Source: a candidate division WOR-3 bacterium (GTDB lineage: Bacteria; Hydrothermota; Tepidihabitantia; Tepidihabitantales; JAOUPE01). From it: a stretch of 14,670 nucleotides of DNA. Made by a program: the position numbers and the translations under genes. The stretch's first letter is position 1, and every line of letters begins with the position of its first letter. Location of the stretch: positions 1-14,670 of the forward strand of contig JBDRUX010000062.1 in NCBI GenBank assembly GCA_039801565.1, given 5' to 3'. A model generated the notes under the pieces. That model ran no database searches and was not told where the DNA came from. It worked only from the letters and a program-made list of their open reading frames with translations. Below, one piece after another: positions 1 through 8,658 of the stretch.

Positions 1-995
1 GAGCCGCCTCGGCTGGAGTTTTTATAATGTTTGCCAGTCATATTGCCGCAATGGCGCCCGGTACTAATATTGGTGCGGCTCATCCAGTTGCACTCGGCAG
101 TAAAGAGATTGATTCGGTAATGCGAGATAAAGTCACTAACGATGCGGTAGCCTATATTAAGTCTTTAGCCCACCGACGAAATCGTAATGAAGAATGGGCA
201 GAAAAAGCGGTAAGGAAAAGTGTCGCAATAACTGAAACCGAAGCGATAAAATTGCAGGTCATTGATTTGATCGCCGGTTCGATTGAGGAATTGATTGAAA
301 AATTAGATAAACGAGAAGTGAATTTGGATGGACACAAAGTGGTCCTACAAACTGCATCGGCAAAAGTAAAAAATTTTGATATGTCGCCAACCCAAAGATT
401 CCTCTATTTATTGACCAATCCGAATATTGCTTATATCCTTCTCTTAATTGGTTTTTATGGAATAATTTTCGAGTTACAAAATCCTGGCGTAATTTTTCCT
501 GGAGTCATTGGTGGTATATCTTTGCTTCTTGCTCTTTATTCGCTTCAAATGTTACCAGTCAATTATGCTGGGTTAGGACTTATCATTTTAGGAATAATTA
601 TGTTCATTTTGGAGATTAAAATAACTTCCTATGGACTTTTAACAATTGGTGGTATTGCATCATTACTTTTCGGCTCACTTTTGCTATTCGAATCACCTTT
701 ACCGTTCTTTCGACCGTCAATGGTACTGCTTGTTGTGGCAGTGGTCGTCACCGCACTATTTTTTATTTTGATTGTCGGATTAGGAATAAAGGCGCATCTT
801 CGCCGTCCCACCACTGGCAAAGAAGGTTTAATTGGCGAAATTGGTGTTGCCCAAGATAATCTTAACCCATTGGGCGTTATTATGGTGCAAGGTGAACTGT
901 GGTCAGCGGAATCGGTTAGCGGTGAAGTGAAAAAAGGCGAAAAGGTAAAAGTGCTCCAAGTCGAAGGAATGACGCTTAAAGTTAGTAAGATTTGA
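1..995 (+). CDS. nfeD: NfeD-family membrane-bound serine protease (ClpP-like N-domain, TM domain, C-terminal OB fold), 5'-truncated by the window edge
   Basis: Frame is open from position 3 (AASAGVFIM, containing the catalytic-Ser motif AASAG), so the ORF-track start at 27 is internal. Motifs MAPGTNIGAAHPV, RNEEWAEKAVRKS and NPNIAYILLLIGFYGIIFELQNPG, hydrophobic helices, and C-terminal TGKEGLIGEIG...GELWSA are typical of NfeD. Confidence 0.93.
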   Translation, partial: AASAGVFIMFASHIAAMAPGTNIGAAHPVALGSKEIDSVMRDKVTNDAVAYIKSLAHRRNRNEEWAEKAVRKSVAITETEAIKLQVIDLIAGSIEELIEKLDKREVNLDGHKVVLQTASAKVKNFDMSPTQRFLYLLTNPNIAYILLLIGFYGIIFELQNPGVIFPGVIGGISLLLALYSLQMLPVNYAGLGLIILGIIMFILEIKITSYGLLTIGGIASLLFGSLLLFESPLPFFRPSMVLLVVAVVVTALFFILIVGLGIKAHLRRPTTGKEGLIGEIGVAQDNLNPLGVIMVQGELWSAESVSGEVKKGEKVKVLQVEGMTLKVSKI

Positions 996-996
996 T

Positions 997-1881
997 ATGG
1001 CAAAGATTTTAGACGGCAAAAAGTTAGCCGAAACAATTAAGCACGATATAACTTCCGAAGTGGCGGTGATGAAAGAAAGAGGTGTTATTCCGAAATTAGG
1101 AGTAATTTTAGTGGGCAACTTTCCTCCATCATTGATTTATGTTAAGAATAAGGAAAATGCTTGTCGTCAAGTTGGAATTGTGACCGAGACCGTTAGATTA
1201 GCCGGCGATTGCGATCCGGAAGTTGTTTTAAAAATGATTGATGACTGGAATCACGATAAAAATTTACACGGCATCTTGGTTCAATTACCTTTACCTGAAC
1301 ATATCTCAACAGAAGAAGTTTTGGCACGGATTAATCCTCAAAAAGACGTTGACGGACTCCATCCCTTCAATTTTGGTAGAATTATGGCTGGTGAACCTTA
1401 TTTTTATCCTTGCACACCATTAGGAATTGTTCGGCTTCTTTTAGCAAATGAGATTGAAATTTCGGGTAAACACATTGTAATTATTGGCAGGGGCGAATTA
1501 GTTGGAAAACCATTAGCTAATATGTTATTACGCAGGGATAAGGATTTTGGTAATGCCACGGTTACGGTCTGTCATACCAAAACAAAGAATCTTGCCAATT
1601 TCACACGGCAAGCTGATATTTTAATAGTGGCAATTGGCAGTCCTGAATTTCTAAAAAAAGATATGGTAAAAGACGGAGCGGTAGTAGTAGATGTCGGTGT
1701 GAATCGAATCGAAAAAGATGGTGTCACCAAACTGGTTGGCGATGTTGATTTTGAAAATGTCAAAGATGTAGTATCAGCAATTACTCCAGTTCCGGGCGGA
1801 GTTGGACCAATGACTGTGGCAATGCTTTTATTCAATACGCTAAAAGCAACAAAATTAGCCAGCGGCGAAGCAATTAGCTAA
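997..1881 (+). CDS. folD: Bifunctional methylenetetrahydrofolate dehydrogenase/cyclohydrolase
   Basis: 294 aa; MAKILDGK, YVKNK, HGILVQLPLP, KDVDGLHP, PCTPLG, NATVTVCHTKT, DVGVNR, LVGDVDF and ITPVPGGVGPMTVAMLLFNT motifs. Confidence 0.98.
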   Translation: MAKILDGKKLAETIKHDITSEVAVMKERGVIPKLGVILVGNFPPSLIYVKNKENACRQVGIVTETVRLAGDCDPEVVLKMIDDWNHDKNLHGILVQLPLPEHISTEEVLARINPQKDVDGLHPFNFGRIMAGEPYFYPCTPLGIVRLLLANEIEISGKHIVIIGRGELVGKPLANMLLRRDKDFGNATVTVCHTKTKNLANFTRQADILIVAIGSPEFLKKDMVKDGAVVVDVGVNRIEKDGVTKLVGDVDFENVKDVVSAITPVPGGVGPMTVAMLLFNTLKATKLASGEAIS

Positions 1882-1883
1882 GC

Positions 1884-1906
1884 AAATTTATTTTTTAAGT
1901 AAATTT
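1884..1906. terminator. Weak AT-rich hairpin between convergent genes (possible bidirectional terminator)
   Basis: AAATTTATTT-TTT-AAGTAAATTT can pair with one G-U, and lies in the 34-nt gap between the folD stop and the stop of the minus-strand ORF. No G-C pairs, so stability is low. Confidence 0.25.
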
Positions 1907-1915
1907 ACAATAGTT

Positions 1916-3151
1916 TTATGGGATTACGCCAAGAGATAAACCGAATTTTAAACCCCTTGCCTTAGTGATGCTTAGACTTTTCATACACTCCAGACCAACG
2001 CTTATGAGTAACCGCTTGATATTCTTACTCAGTCCTAAGGCAAAAGCGATTCCTTCTCTGCCGCCAATGGCGATATTAGGATTTATAATAACTGCTTGCA
2101 ATAGGTTCCATTTTAAATCAAGACTAAATTTGGGCACAAAAGTCGAAAATTTGGTGGTGACCAAATTTTGTTCATAAACTAACGAGAGAATCGAACCAGA
2201 GTTATCAAATTTCCAACCTGCCCCCAAAGTCAAATAGATAGGAATTAGTGTGCGAAACGATTTGATAACGAAAACTGTGTCTTGCTTTTTGAAGACACTG
2301 TCCAAACTTTTGGTTTTAACTGCTCGATAGACGCTAAAAGAATCAATCATAATAAGCATTTGTCGGGTCTTAAGGTTTTTCGCCCAAATGATGCCCGGTG
2401 AACAATTAAGAATAGCTAAACCGAAACGGTATCTACCGATATCATAGGTACCGCCTAAATCAACCCCCAAGCCATAGCCTCCGGAAGCAGTTGTCCTAAT
2501 CCAATCTATTTTCCCATCCATAAAATATTCATTCGAATAAAAATTGCCCAAGGCTTGTTTAGTTATTTGCGCTTTTTCACCCAAAAGAAACTTTAATCCA
2601 ATGCCGATTGTGCCCAACCGGTCTTTTCGTTGAATCACTGGCAATGCAAAAGCGAAATTAAAACTATTATAAATCATATAGTCAAAACTGAAATTATTCA
2701 AGTGATAGGTTCGATAGAGTTCGTTGCCAAATAAAATTAAGTCAATCAGTTCTCTGGGCATTCTGACAGCTCCTAAATAGACCCGGCGAAAAGCAAAGCC
2801 AAATTTTTGATAAGAAAAATCTAAAGCGCCAAGATGTAAATCGCCATCTGCCTGAATGCCAAACTCAGGAACTTGACTGAAAAATTCTCGTTTCAACTCA
2901 TTGCCGATTGCCGAATCCGTACCAAAATATTTATTATATAACTCCAGATTTAAAAGAGTATTGACGAACGAACCTTCAAATGTCAATAACCGTAATGAAT
3001 ATTTGGGACTTTGCATTAAACCTAAATTAGCTGGATTATTTATAACTGCGTCAAAACCAATTGCTGTAACTGGATTACGAAAAAGTGACGAACCGGTGTT
3101 GAAATTAGTAGAATTGAAAATTGTCAGGGTGATGAGTACAAAAACTATCAT
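1916..3151 (-). CDS. Probable outer-membrane beta-barrel protein (DUF5723-like; FadL/PorV-like N-terminal NPA motif), function unknown
   Basis: 411 aa; hydrophobic N-terminus, AIGFDAVINNPANLG motif, alternating hydrophobic strands (TIGIGLKFLLG, GYGLGVDLGGTY, YRFGLAILN, YLTLGAGWKF, KFGLSLG); 4-nt ATGA overlap with the upstream gene. Family assignment is by recall, not search. Confidence 0.6.
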   Translation of the reverse strand: MIVFVLITLTIFNSTNFNTGSSLFRNPVTAIGFDAVINNPANLGLMQSPKYSLRLLTFEGSFVNTLLNLELYNKYFGTDSAIGNELKREFFSQVPEFGIQADGDLHLGALDFSYQKFGFAFRRVYLGAVRMPRELIDLILFGNELYRTYHLNNFSFDYMIYNSFNFAFALPVIQRKDRLGTIGIGLKFLLGEKAQITKQALGNFYSNEYFMDGKIDWIRTTASGGYGLGVDLGGTYDIGRYRFGLAILNCSPGIIWAKNLKTRQMLIMIDSFSVYRAVKTKSLDSVFKKQDTVFVIKSFRTLIPIYLTLGAGWKFDNSGSILSLVYEQNLVTTKFSTFVPKFSLDLKWNLLQAVIINPNIAIGGREGIAFALGLSKNIKRLLISVGLECMKSLSITKARGLKFGLSLGVIP

Positions 3152-5016
3152 TTTAAAAGGTTTAGTTTCAATTTACAATAAGAGTGTTCAACCGAGAAGT
3201 AATCACAGGCATTCACTGTAACCGTATCGGTCTTGGGTAAAAAAAGTGAAACTGAAGCATAAATTGATTCTTGCTTAAAAATATTAGCCTGATTAGCATC
3301 TAACCCGATTGTAATTGTCGTATCTTTGGCGATGATAACAAAACCAGTTGATTCGTCAATCGCTGGTATCGGCACGGAAAAAGTTATGGATACTGGATTG
3401 GCAGTTGGGCTTTCCAGTCTTAAAACGCCGCCTAAGCCAAATGGAAGATGATTGCGATATTTCGCAGTAACGGAACCAGATACTAAATATTTTTTGATAT
3501 CGTCACGATATTTTTCTTCGATTTTAACCTCTTGGGGACGTAAATTAACAGTTGAGGTGTCAAAGGCGAGTCTTAGTGGTGAATGGAAAGAATATCTACC
3601 AGTAAAAAATGCTTGAGCTTCGGCTCGACCGCTACCAGTGACACCGCGATAGCCAGTCACAATTATCTCTGTTGGTAGGATATTGATCAATGGGGTAACA
3701 TCGAGCAAGAAATCGGTCATTCTCGGATTAGTTGGTGTGCCAGGTTGGATATCAAGAGTTGTATCTATAACCACTGTATCACCATGACTATTGCTCGCCC
3801 CGAGATTTAAATAGAATAAGGCTTGAAATCCAAGACCACTTGTGATTTCAATTTCTAATTCGGCATGCTCAATCGTTATGTTCGTTAACTGTTGGGGAAA
3901 ATTTAAGCGCATTGTATCAGGACGAATTCGGCTTATTATGGTATCAAAAATCGTGCCGACAAAATTCTCGATTTTAGGACTGAGTAAAGCATAAGCGACA
4001 TTGAATTCAGCTGCTTCTTCAAAATGAATTGATTGACTCGAAGGTTCAACAATTACTTCAGTACTACAACAAAGCGGAGTTGTTGTCGGATTAGAATTTT
4101 GATAAGAACGACCAGTAAAATTAATATTCAAATGGTCAAACGATGCTGCGCCAAGCGAAACAGTGGAATCAAAATCAAGTTCGCTAATCCGAACAAATAC
4201 CTGGATTGGACAAGGAAGTTGATTCTGCAAAGTCAAATCTAAAAAACCAGAAAGAAAGGTTACCGTATCAATGTGAATTTGATAGTTACTGGGTACGGTG
4301 GCAACACCGGTGCGCACAGCCCGCATTGAGTTGGGAAGAATACGAACCGTACCACCGCTGATTCTTACTGAATCAATTGTGATATTAATCCGCAAGGAAT
4401 CGTATTGACTAACTCGAATTGGAGTCGCTGAACCAGGCGAGGCAATGGTTATGTCAGCAAAAAGAATACTATCGGTAAGGTTTACATTTTGAACCAATTC
4501 GGTTTGCGTTATCGTTTGTAATGGTCTGATTGCAGGAAAATGGAAATAACCAATTGGCGGAAGACTTAGATTAATAGAGTCGAAACTAAGTTGGGTAAAA
4601 TTAATAATCTCAAATTGCATCACCATCTCAACAATATTTAATTGCTCAATATTCGAGAAAATCAGTTCCTGACCATAAAGGGTAGTGTCAAATGGTTCAA
4701 ATGGGATAGTCGTATCTGGTAGGTTGAAACCGGTTAAATCAGCTAAAGTTAAGGAATAATTACATATAATTAAATTCTCGATAATAAAGTCCCGAAGCAC
4801 AAGAGTGAGTGTGTCGCTTAAATTAAATATCCTTAAGGAATCATTAATACGAAAAGTGTCAATCTTTGCTTCATAAGAAAACTGCATTGAAGAATCGGGA
4901 TTGATGTGAAAATAGTTACTATCGAGTAATTCTCGAATCTTTAAGGTTTGGGTAAATAAAGGGACTGTAATTTCGGTTTGCAGTTTTGGTCGTTTTAGAC
5001 AATTGGAAAATATCAA
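3148..5016 (-). CDS. Large beta-rich hypothetical protein, probable lipoprotein; true start likely upstream of 5016
   Basis: 622-aa ORF rich in T/I/D/S beta-strand-like segments. The frame stays open upstream to a stop at 5101-5103 and reads ...RKIAILILALLLIFSN-C, resembling a lipoprotein signal peptide with Cys at 4999-5001. Confidence 0.75.
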   Translation of the reverse strand: MIFSNCLKRPKLQTEITVPLFTQTLKIRELLDSNYFHINPDSSMQFSYEAKIDTFRINDSLRIFNLSDTLTLVLRDFIIENLIICNYSLTLADLTGFNLPDTTIPFEPFDTTLYGQELIFSNIEQLNIVEMVMQFEIINFTQLSFDSINLSLPPIGYFHFPAIRPLQTITQTELVQNVNLTDSILFADITIASPGSATPIRVSQYDSLRINITIDSVRISGGTVRILPNSMRAVRTGVATVPSNYQIHIDTVTFLSGFLDLTLQNQLPCPIQVFVRISELDFDSTVSLGAASFDHLNINFTGRSYQNSNPTTTPLCCSTEVIVEPSSQSIHFEEAAEFNVAYALLSPKIENFVGTIFDTIISRIRPDTMRLNFPQQLTNITIEHAELEIEITSGLGFQALFYLNLGASNSHGDTVVIDTTLDIQPGTPTNPRMTDFLLDVTPLINILPTEIIVTGYRGVTGSGRAEAQAFFTGRYSFHSPLRLAFDTSTVNLRPQEVKIEEKYRDDIKKYLVSGSVTAKYRNHLPFGLGGVLRLESPTANPVSITFSVPIPAIDESTGFVIIAKDTTITIGLDANQANIFKQESIYASVSLFLPKTDTVTVNACDYFSVEHSYCKLKLNLLK

Positions 5017-5106
5017 TAATAGCGCAAGTATTAATATTGCAATTTTTCGTGCTTCAACACGAAAGATAAAATATAAATTGATTAATCCACTCCGAATAGG
5101 CTAAAA

Positions 5107-5274
5107 TTAATATTCGTCTTCTTCAAACTCATCCTCGCCATAATCTTCATCGTAGTACTCCTCAGATTCTGGCAGTTCGTTCTCATCTAAATTCCGATAG
5201 GATAATTCAGCCCCACATTTACGACAGAACTCCCGGTCTTCGGAATTTTGGGCGCCACACTTCCAACATCTCAT
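5107..5274 (-). CDS. Small zinc-ribbon protein with acidic tail (55 aa), not in the ORF track
   Basis: Manual translation: MRCWKCGAQNSEDREFCRKCGAELSYRNLDENELPESEEYYDEDYGEDEFEEDEY*. CxxC-x10-CxxC zinc ribbon; strong SD AGAAAGGAG (5282-5290) 7 nt before the ATG. Confidence 0.88.
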   Translation of the reverse strand: MRCWKCGAQNSEDREFCRKCGAELSYRNLDENELPESEEYYDEDYGEDEFEEDEY

Positions 5275-5302
5275 TTTATCACTCCTTTCTTTTATGAATT
5301 TA

Positions 5303-5330
5303 AGTTTACTTTTCTTTTGAATTCTGTCAA
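5303..5330 (-). promoter_or_regulatory. Putative sigma70 promoter for the zinc-ribbon/lipoprotein/barrel genes
   Basis: TTGACA (5325-5330) - 16 nt - TAAACT (5303-5308) on the minus strand, just upstream of the SD. Confidence 0.6.
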
Positions 5331-5361
5331 TAAAAAAATTAGATGCATTCTCGTTTAATTC

Positions 5362-7014
5362 TTATTGAAATTTATTGGTTATTGGCATTCGACGCCCAAA
5401 ACCAAAGGCTTTGGGGGTAATTTTTAATCCTAAAGGTGCCTGCTTACGTTTATATTCATTACGGTCAACTCGACGAATAACATCCACAACTAAATCTTTC
5501 GGATATCCCAACTTACAAATTTCTTCTCTATCCTTATTTTCCTCGATATAAAGGTTAAGGATTTCATCCAAGGTTTCATACGGTGGTAAATCATCGGAAT
5601 CTTTTTGATTGGGTTTCAACTCAGCTGATGGTGGTTTAATAAAGATGTTTTTGGGAATTAGTTCTTTGCCTGCTTTTTGATTAAAATAATGGGCTAACCG
5701 ATAAACCATCGTTTTTGGTACATCGGAGATAACCGCTAAGCCACCGGCCATATCACCGTAAAGGGTCGTATAGCCAACTGCCATTTCTGATTTATTACCA
5801 GTGCTAAGGACTAAATAACCAAATTTATTAGATAATGCCATTAAGATATTACCACGAATCCGGGCTTGGATATTCTCTTCGGTCACATCCAATTTTTTTC
5901 CTTTAAATGGGTCTGCTAATGTCTTTAGATAAGAATTGTAGATTTCAGTTATCGGAATATTTAACAGTTCAATTTCTAAGTTTTGGGCAAGGGTTTTGGC
6001 ATCTTGGATAGATGCCTCGCTGGTATACGGACTGGGCATAATAACAGCTAAAATCCGTTCTTTACCCAAAGCTTCAACCGCTAAAGCACAGACCAATGCT
6101 GAATCAATACCACCGGAAAGTCCGAGCACCACTTTGGAAAAACCATTCTTATTCACATAATCGCGTAAGCCCAAAACTAAGGCATTAAAGACCTCAAATT
6201 CTTCGGTCTCTTCGGTATCTTTCACTGGCATTGGCGAATCAATATCAATTGTTAGCAAATCCTCGGCAAAGTGTTTCGCCAAGGCAATGAGATTACCTTG
6301 CGCGTCAATGGCGAAACTACCGCCATCAAAGATTAAGTCATCCTGACCACATACCAAATTGGTATAGATGATTGGCACACGGTTAGCTACTGCCTGTTTT
6401 TTCACCAGTTCTTTTCGGATTCGCCACTTACCGACAAAAAATGGTGAGGCAGAAATAACGATAATTAAATCAGCCCCATTCTTTACCTGTTGGATAATTG
6501 GTCCATTGGAAACCCATAAATCTTCGCAAATATTTATGCCAATCTTTTTATTACAGAAGCCGAAGACTTTGGCCTCTTTGCCTGGTTCGAAATAGCGCTT
6601 TTCATCAAAAACATCGTAGGTTGGAAGCCAAATCTTTTCATAAATACCCAGAATCTTTTGGTTATCAATTAGACAAGCAGCATTAGTTAAAATCATATCG
6701 GAAAAATGAGAGACCGCTGCCATATCATAAATTTTGTCTGAAGCTCTCTCTCTAAAATAGGAATTAACAAATCCAACAATCACCCCAATGTCGGATGTAG
6801 CATTTTGAATTTCAAGCAGCCTTTTTTGGTTTTCTAAAACAAATGCTTTCTTAAACAAGAGGTCTTTTGGTGGATACCCGGTGATGGCTAACTCCGGAAA
6901 AACGACTAAATTGGCATCTTGCTTTTTGGCTTGTTCGATTTGGTTGATAATTTTCTTGGTATTACCATCTAAATCGCCTACGGTTGTATTGATTTGAGCC
7001 AAGGCAATTTTCAT
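5362..7014 (-). CDS. nadE: Glutamine-dependent NAD+ synthetase (nitrilase-like glutaminase domain plus synthetase domain)
   Basis: 550 aa; FPELAITGYPP, YEKIWLPTYDVFDEKRYF, ICEDLW, SASPF, LGLSGGIDSAL, ENIQARIRG, STGNKSEMAVGYTTLYGDMAGG, PPSAELKPNQKDSDDLPPY, NEYKRKQAP. Confidence 0.98.
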   Translation of the reverse strand: MKIALAQINTTVGDLDGNTKKIINQIEQAKKQDANLVVFPELAITGYPPKDLLFKKAFVLENQKRLLEIQNATSDIGVIVGFVNSYFRERASDKIYDMAAVSHFSDMILTNAACLIDNQKILGIYEKIWLPTYDVFDEKRYFEPGKEAKVFGFCNKKIGINICEDLWVSNGPIIQQVKNGADLIIVISASPFFVGKWRIRKELVKKQAVANRVPIIYTNLVCGQDDLIFDGGSFAIDAQGNLIALAKHFAEDLLTIDIDSPMPVKDTEETEEFEVFNALVLGLRDYVNKNGFSKVVLGLSGGIDSALVCALAVEALGKERILAVIMPSPYTSEASIQDAKTLAQNLEIELLNIPITEIYNSYLKTLADPFKGKKLDVTEENIQARIRGNILMALSNKFGYLVLSTGNKSEMAVGYTTLYGDMAGGLAVISDVPKTMVYRLAHYFNQKAGKELIPKNIFIKPPSAELKPNQKDSDDLPPYETLDEILNLYIEENKDREEICKLGYPKDLVVDVIRRVDRNEYKRKQAPLGLKITPKAFGFGRRMPITNKFQ

Positions 7015-7580
7015 ACTTTTATTGATAATCGCTCGCCAAATTTATTGAGATGACAGAACTCAGATAAAGGTCGGCGGGAACGACCCTGAATAATAAGGTT
7101 TATTGTAAAATTTATAACCTTAGTAGCGAAGTCAGTAGCCGGAAAACCGACAGCAATGATAGCAACAATTCGTAAAGGTTCAGGAATCGAAAGAATTTGT
7201 CGAACAATCTCTTCTTGAGGTATTGCTCCAATCCAACAAGTTCCCAAACCTTCGGCAGTAGCGGCCAAGAGTAAATTTTGGACGGCATTGGCAACATCGG
7301 CAATATAATAATCAATGCCTTCGCGCCGACCGGATTTATTTGGGTCGCCACAGGCAACGATGTAGACCGGGGCATTATAGAATTTTGCAGGTGAACTTTC
7401 GGTCAGTTTTTCAATAATTTTCTTATCTTTTATTACGATAAATTCCCAACATTGATTATTTCGCCAAGATGGTGCCCAGCGCGCGGCTTCTAAGATTTTA
7501 AGAATTAAGGCATCAGGCACCGTATCCGCCTTAAATCGGCGAACGCTCCTTCGATTGAGGATTGCTTGGTAAACATCCAT
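7011..7580 (-). CDS. Nitroreductase family protein (FMN-binding)
   Basis: 189 aa; AILNRRSVRRF, ILEAARWAPSWRNNQCWEFIVI, AVQNLLLAATAEGLGTCWIG, IVAIIAVGFP; 4-nt overlap with the nadE start. Confidence 0.95.
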   Translation of the reverse strand: MDVYQAILNRRSVRRFKADTVPDALILKILEAARWAPSWRNNQCWEFIVIKDKKIIEKLTESSPAKFYNAPVYIVACGDPNKSGRREGIDYYIADVANAVQNLLLAATAEGLGTCWIGAIPQEEIVRQILSIPEPLRIVAIIAVGFPATDFATKVINFTINLIIQGRSRRPLSEFCHLNKFGERLSIKV

Positions 7581-7586
7581 AAATTA

Positions 7587-7614
7587 AGCATAAAGAATAA
7601 AATAACGAAGTCAA
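7587..7614 (-). promoter_or_regulatory. Putative sigma70 promoter for nitroreductase-nadE (probably leaderless transcript)
   Basis: TTGACT (7609-7614) - 16 nt - TATGCT (7587-7592) - 6 nt - ATG (7580); no SD. Confidence 0.6.
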
Positions 7615-7634
7615 GAACTTTCAAGGTAATAAGA

Positions 7635-7662
7635 TTGACTTTTTCATTGGTTTAAATAAAAT
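7635..7662 (+). promoter_or_regulatory. Putative sigma70 promoter for the lipoprotein operon (probably leaderless transcript)
   Basis: TTGACT (7635-7640) - 16 nt - TAAAAT (7657-7662) - 6 nt - GTG (7669); no SD. Confidence 0.62.
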
Positions 7663-7668
7663 CAATCA

Positions 7669-8658
7669 GTGAAGATTAAATTGACTTTAGTTGTTTTGGG
7701 TATTTTGGCTTGTGCCCAAAAGATGTTGCCGCCAAGTCCTGACCGCTTCCCACCCAAATTGGTCGAAGTTGAAGTGCGCAATCGAACCAAAATCAATGTC
7801 AAATTCAATGAAGATATTGACCCTGAAAATATTATAAAAGATAGCTTTTTGATAATCGCACTTAATGAGACGCTAACAATCAAAGAAATCTCCGTGGGCA
7901 GAAAAAGTAATGTCATTACTCTAATAACAGAAAAACAGAACCCAGTGCAATATTCTTTACAAGCCATAGTTGCCGATTTGGCGGGAAATTGGGCAAAAAT
8001 TCGAACAAGATTTTATGGTAGTATTGTCAAAGATACTATTCCACCAAGAATAGCCGAGATTTTGCCCAAAATTGGTGCGACCAAACTCAAGAAGAATATA
8101 AGAATCAATATTCGGTTTTCTGAAGAGATTGATACTTTATTCCCTGCAAAATGGATTTTATTACCCAAAACACTTGCCAATCGTTTTACCAGTCAATGGC
8201 AATCAGATTATAAAAACCTTTCTTTGACAATGAGTGATTCATTAGGAAGCGATACGATAGTCTATTTTGTTTTGACTCGCCAGATCTTCGACTTTGAGGG
8301 TAATCGTTTGTTAGCAGCTGGGTTCACATTTTTCACTTCGGATTCTGTGCTTAACACCAAATTAGTAACCGGTAAGGTAACAACTGGTAATCGACCGGTT
8401 ACTGACTGTTTTATTCTTTTTGCTAAAACTACCGATACAAATCAAACGGTGGCGATAATTCCTACCGATACTTTAGGCACCTTTTCCATTCAAATCCGAG
8501 AAGGAATCTACAATGTAATTGCGATTGCCGATACCAATTTTGACCATCGGATTGATTTGAGCAATAAAATTGCTAATTTCAATACATCGGCTGAGACATT
8601 ATTAATCGAAGTTTATTCAGACACTCTAAAACAGAACCTTGATTGGTATCTTCGGTAG
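7669..8658 (+). CDS. Lipoprotein with Ig-like (Big_5-type) domains and a C-terminal carboxypeptidase-regulatory-like beta domain
   Basis: 329 aa; signal MKIKLTLVVLGILA-C, then PPSPDRFPP; repeated DxxPP...IxVxFxExID...DxxGN pattern (twice); C-terminal VTGKV...TDTLGTFSI...GIYNVIAIADTNFD. Confidence 0.75.
   Translation: MKIKLTLVVLGILACAQKMLPPSPDRFPPKLVEVEVRNRTKINVKFNEDIDPENIIKDSFLIIALNETLTIKEISVGRKSNVITLITEKQNPVQYSLQAIVADLAGNWAKIRTRFYGSIVKDTIPPRIAEILPKIGATKLKKNIRINIRFSEEIDTLFPAKWILLPKTLANRFTSQWQSDYKNLSLTMSDSLGSDTIVYFVLTRQIFDFEGNRLLAAGFTFFTSDSVLNTKLVTGKVTTGNRPVTDCFILFAKTTDTNQTVAIIPTDTLGTFSIQIREGIYNVIAIADTNFDHRIDLSNKIANFNTSAETLLIEVYSDTLKQNLDWYLR

Noticed and set aside
152..3221. Short ORFs 152-337, 629-1036, 903-1118, 1238-1423, 1572-1835, 1965-2177, 2901-3221
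   Set aside because: Antisense or alternate-frame shadows of well-supported genes, with no recognisable motifs.
5107..5274. LysW amino-group carrier call for the small zinc-ribbon protein
   Set aside because: Lacks the C-terminal EDWGE motif (ends EEDEY) and no lysX/lysZ/lysY-type genes are nearby.
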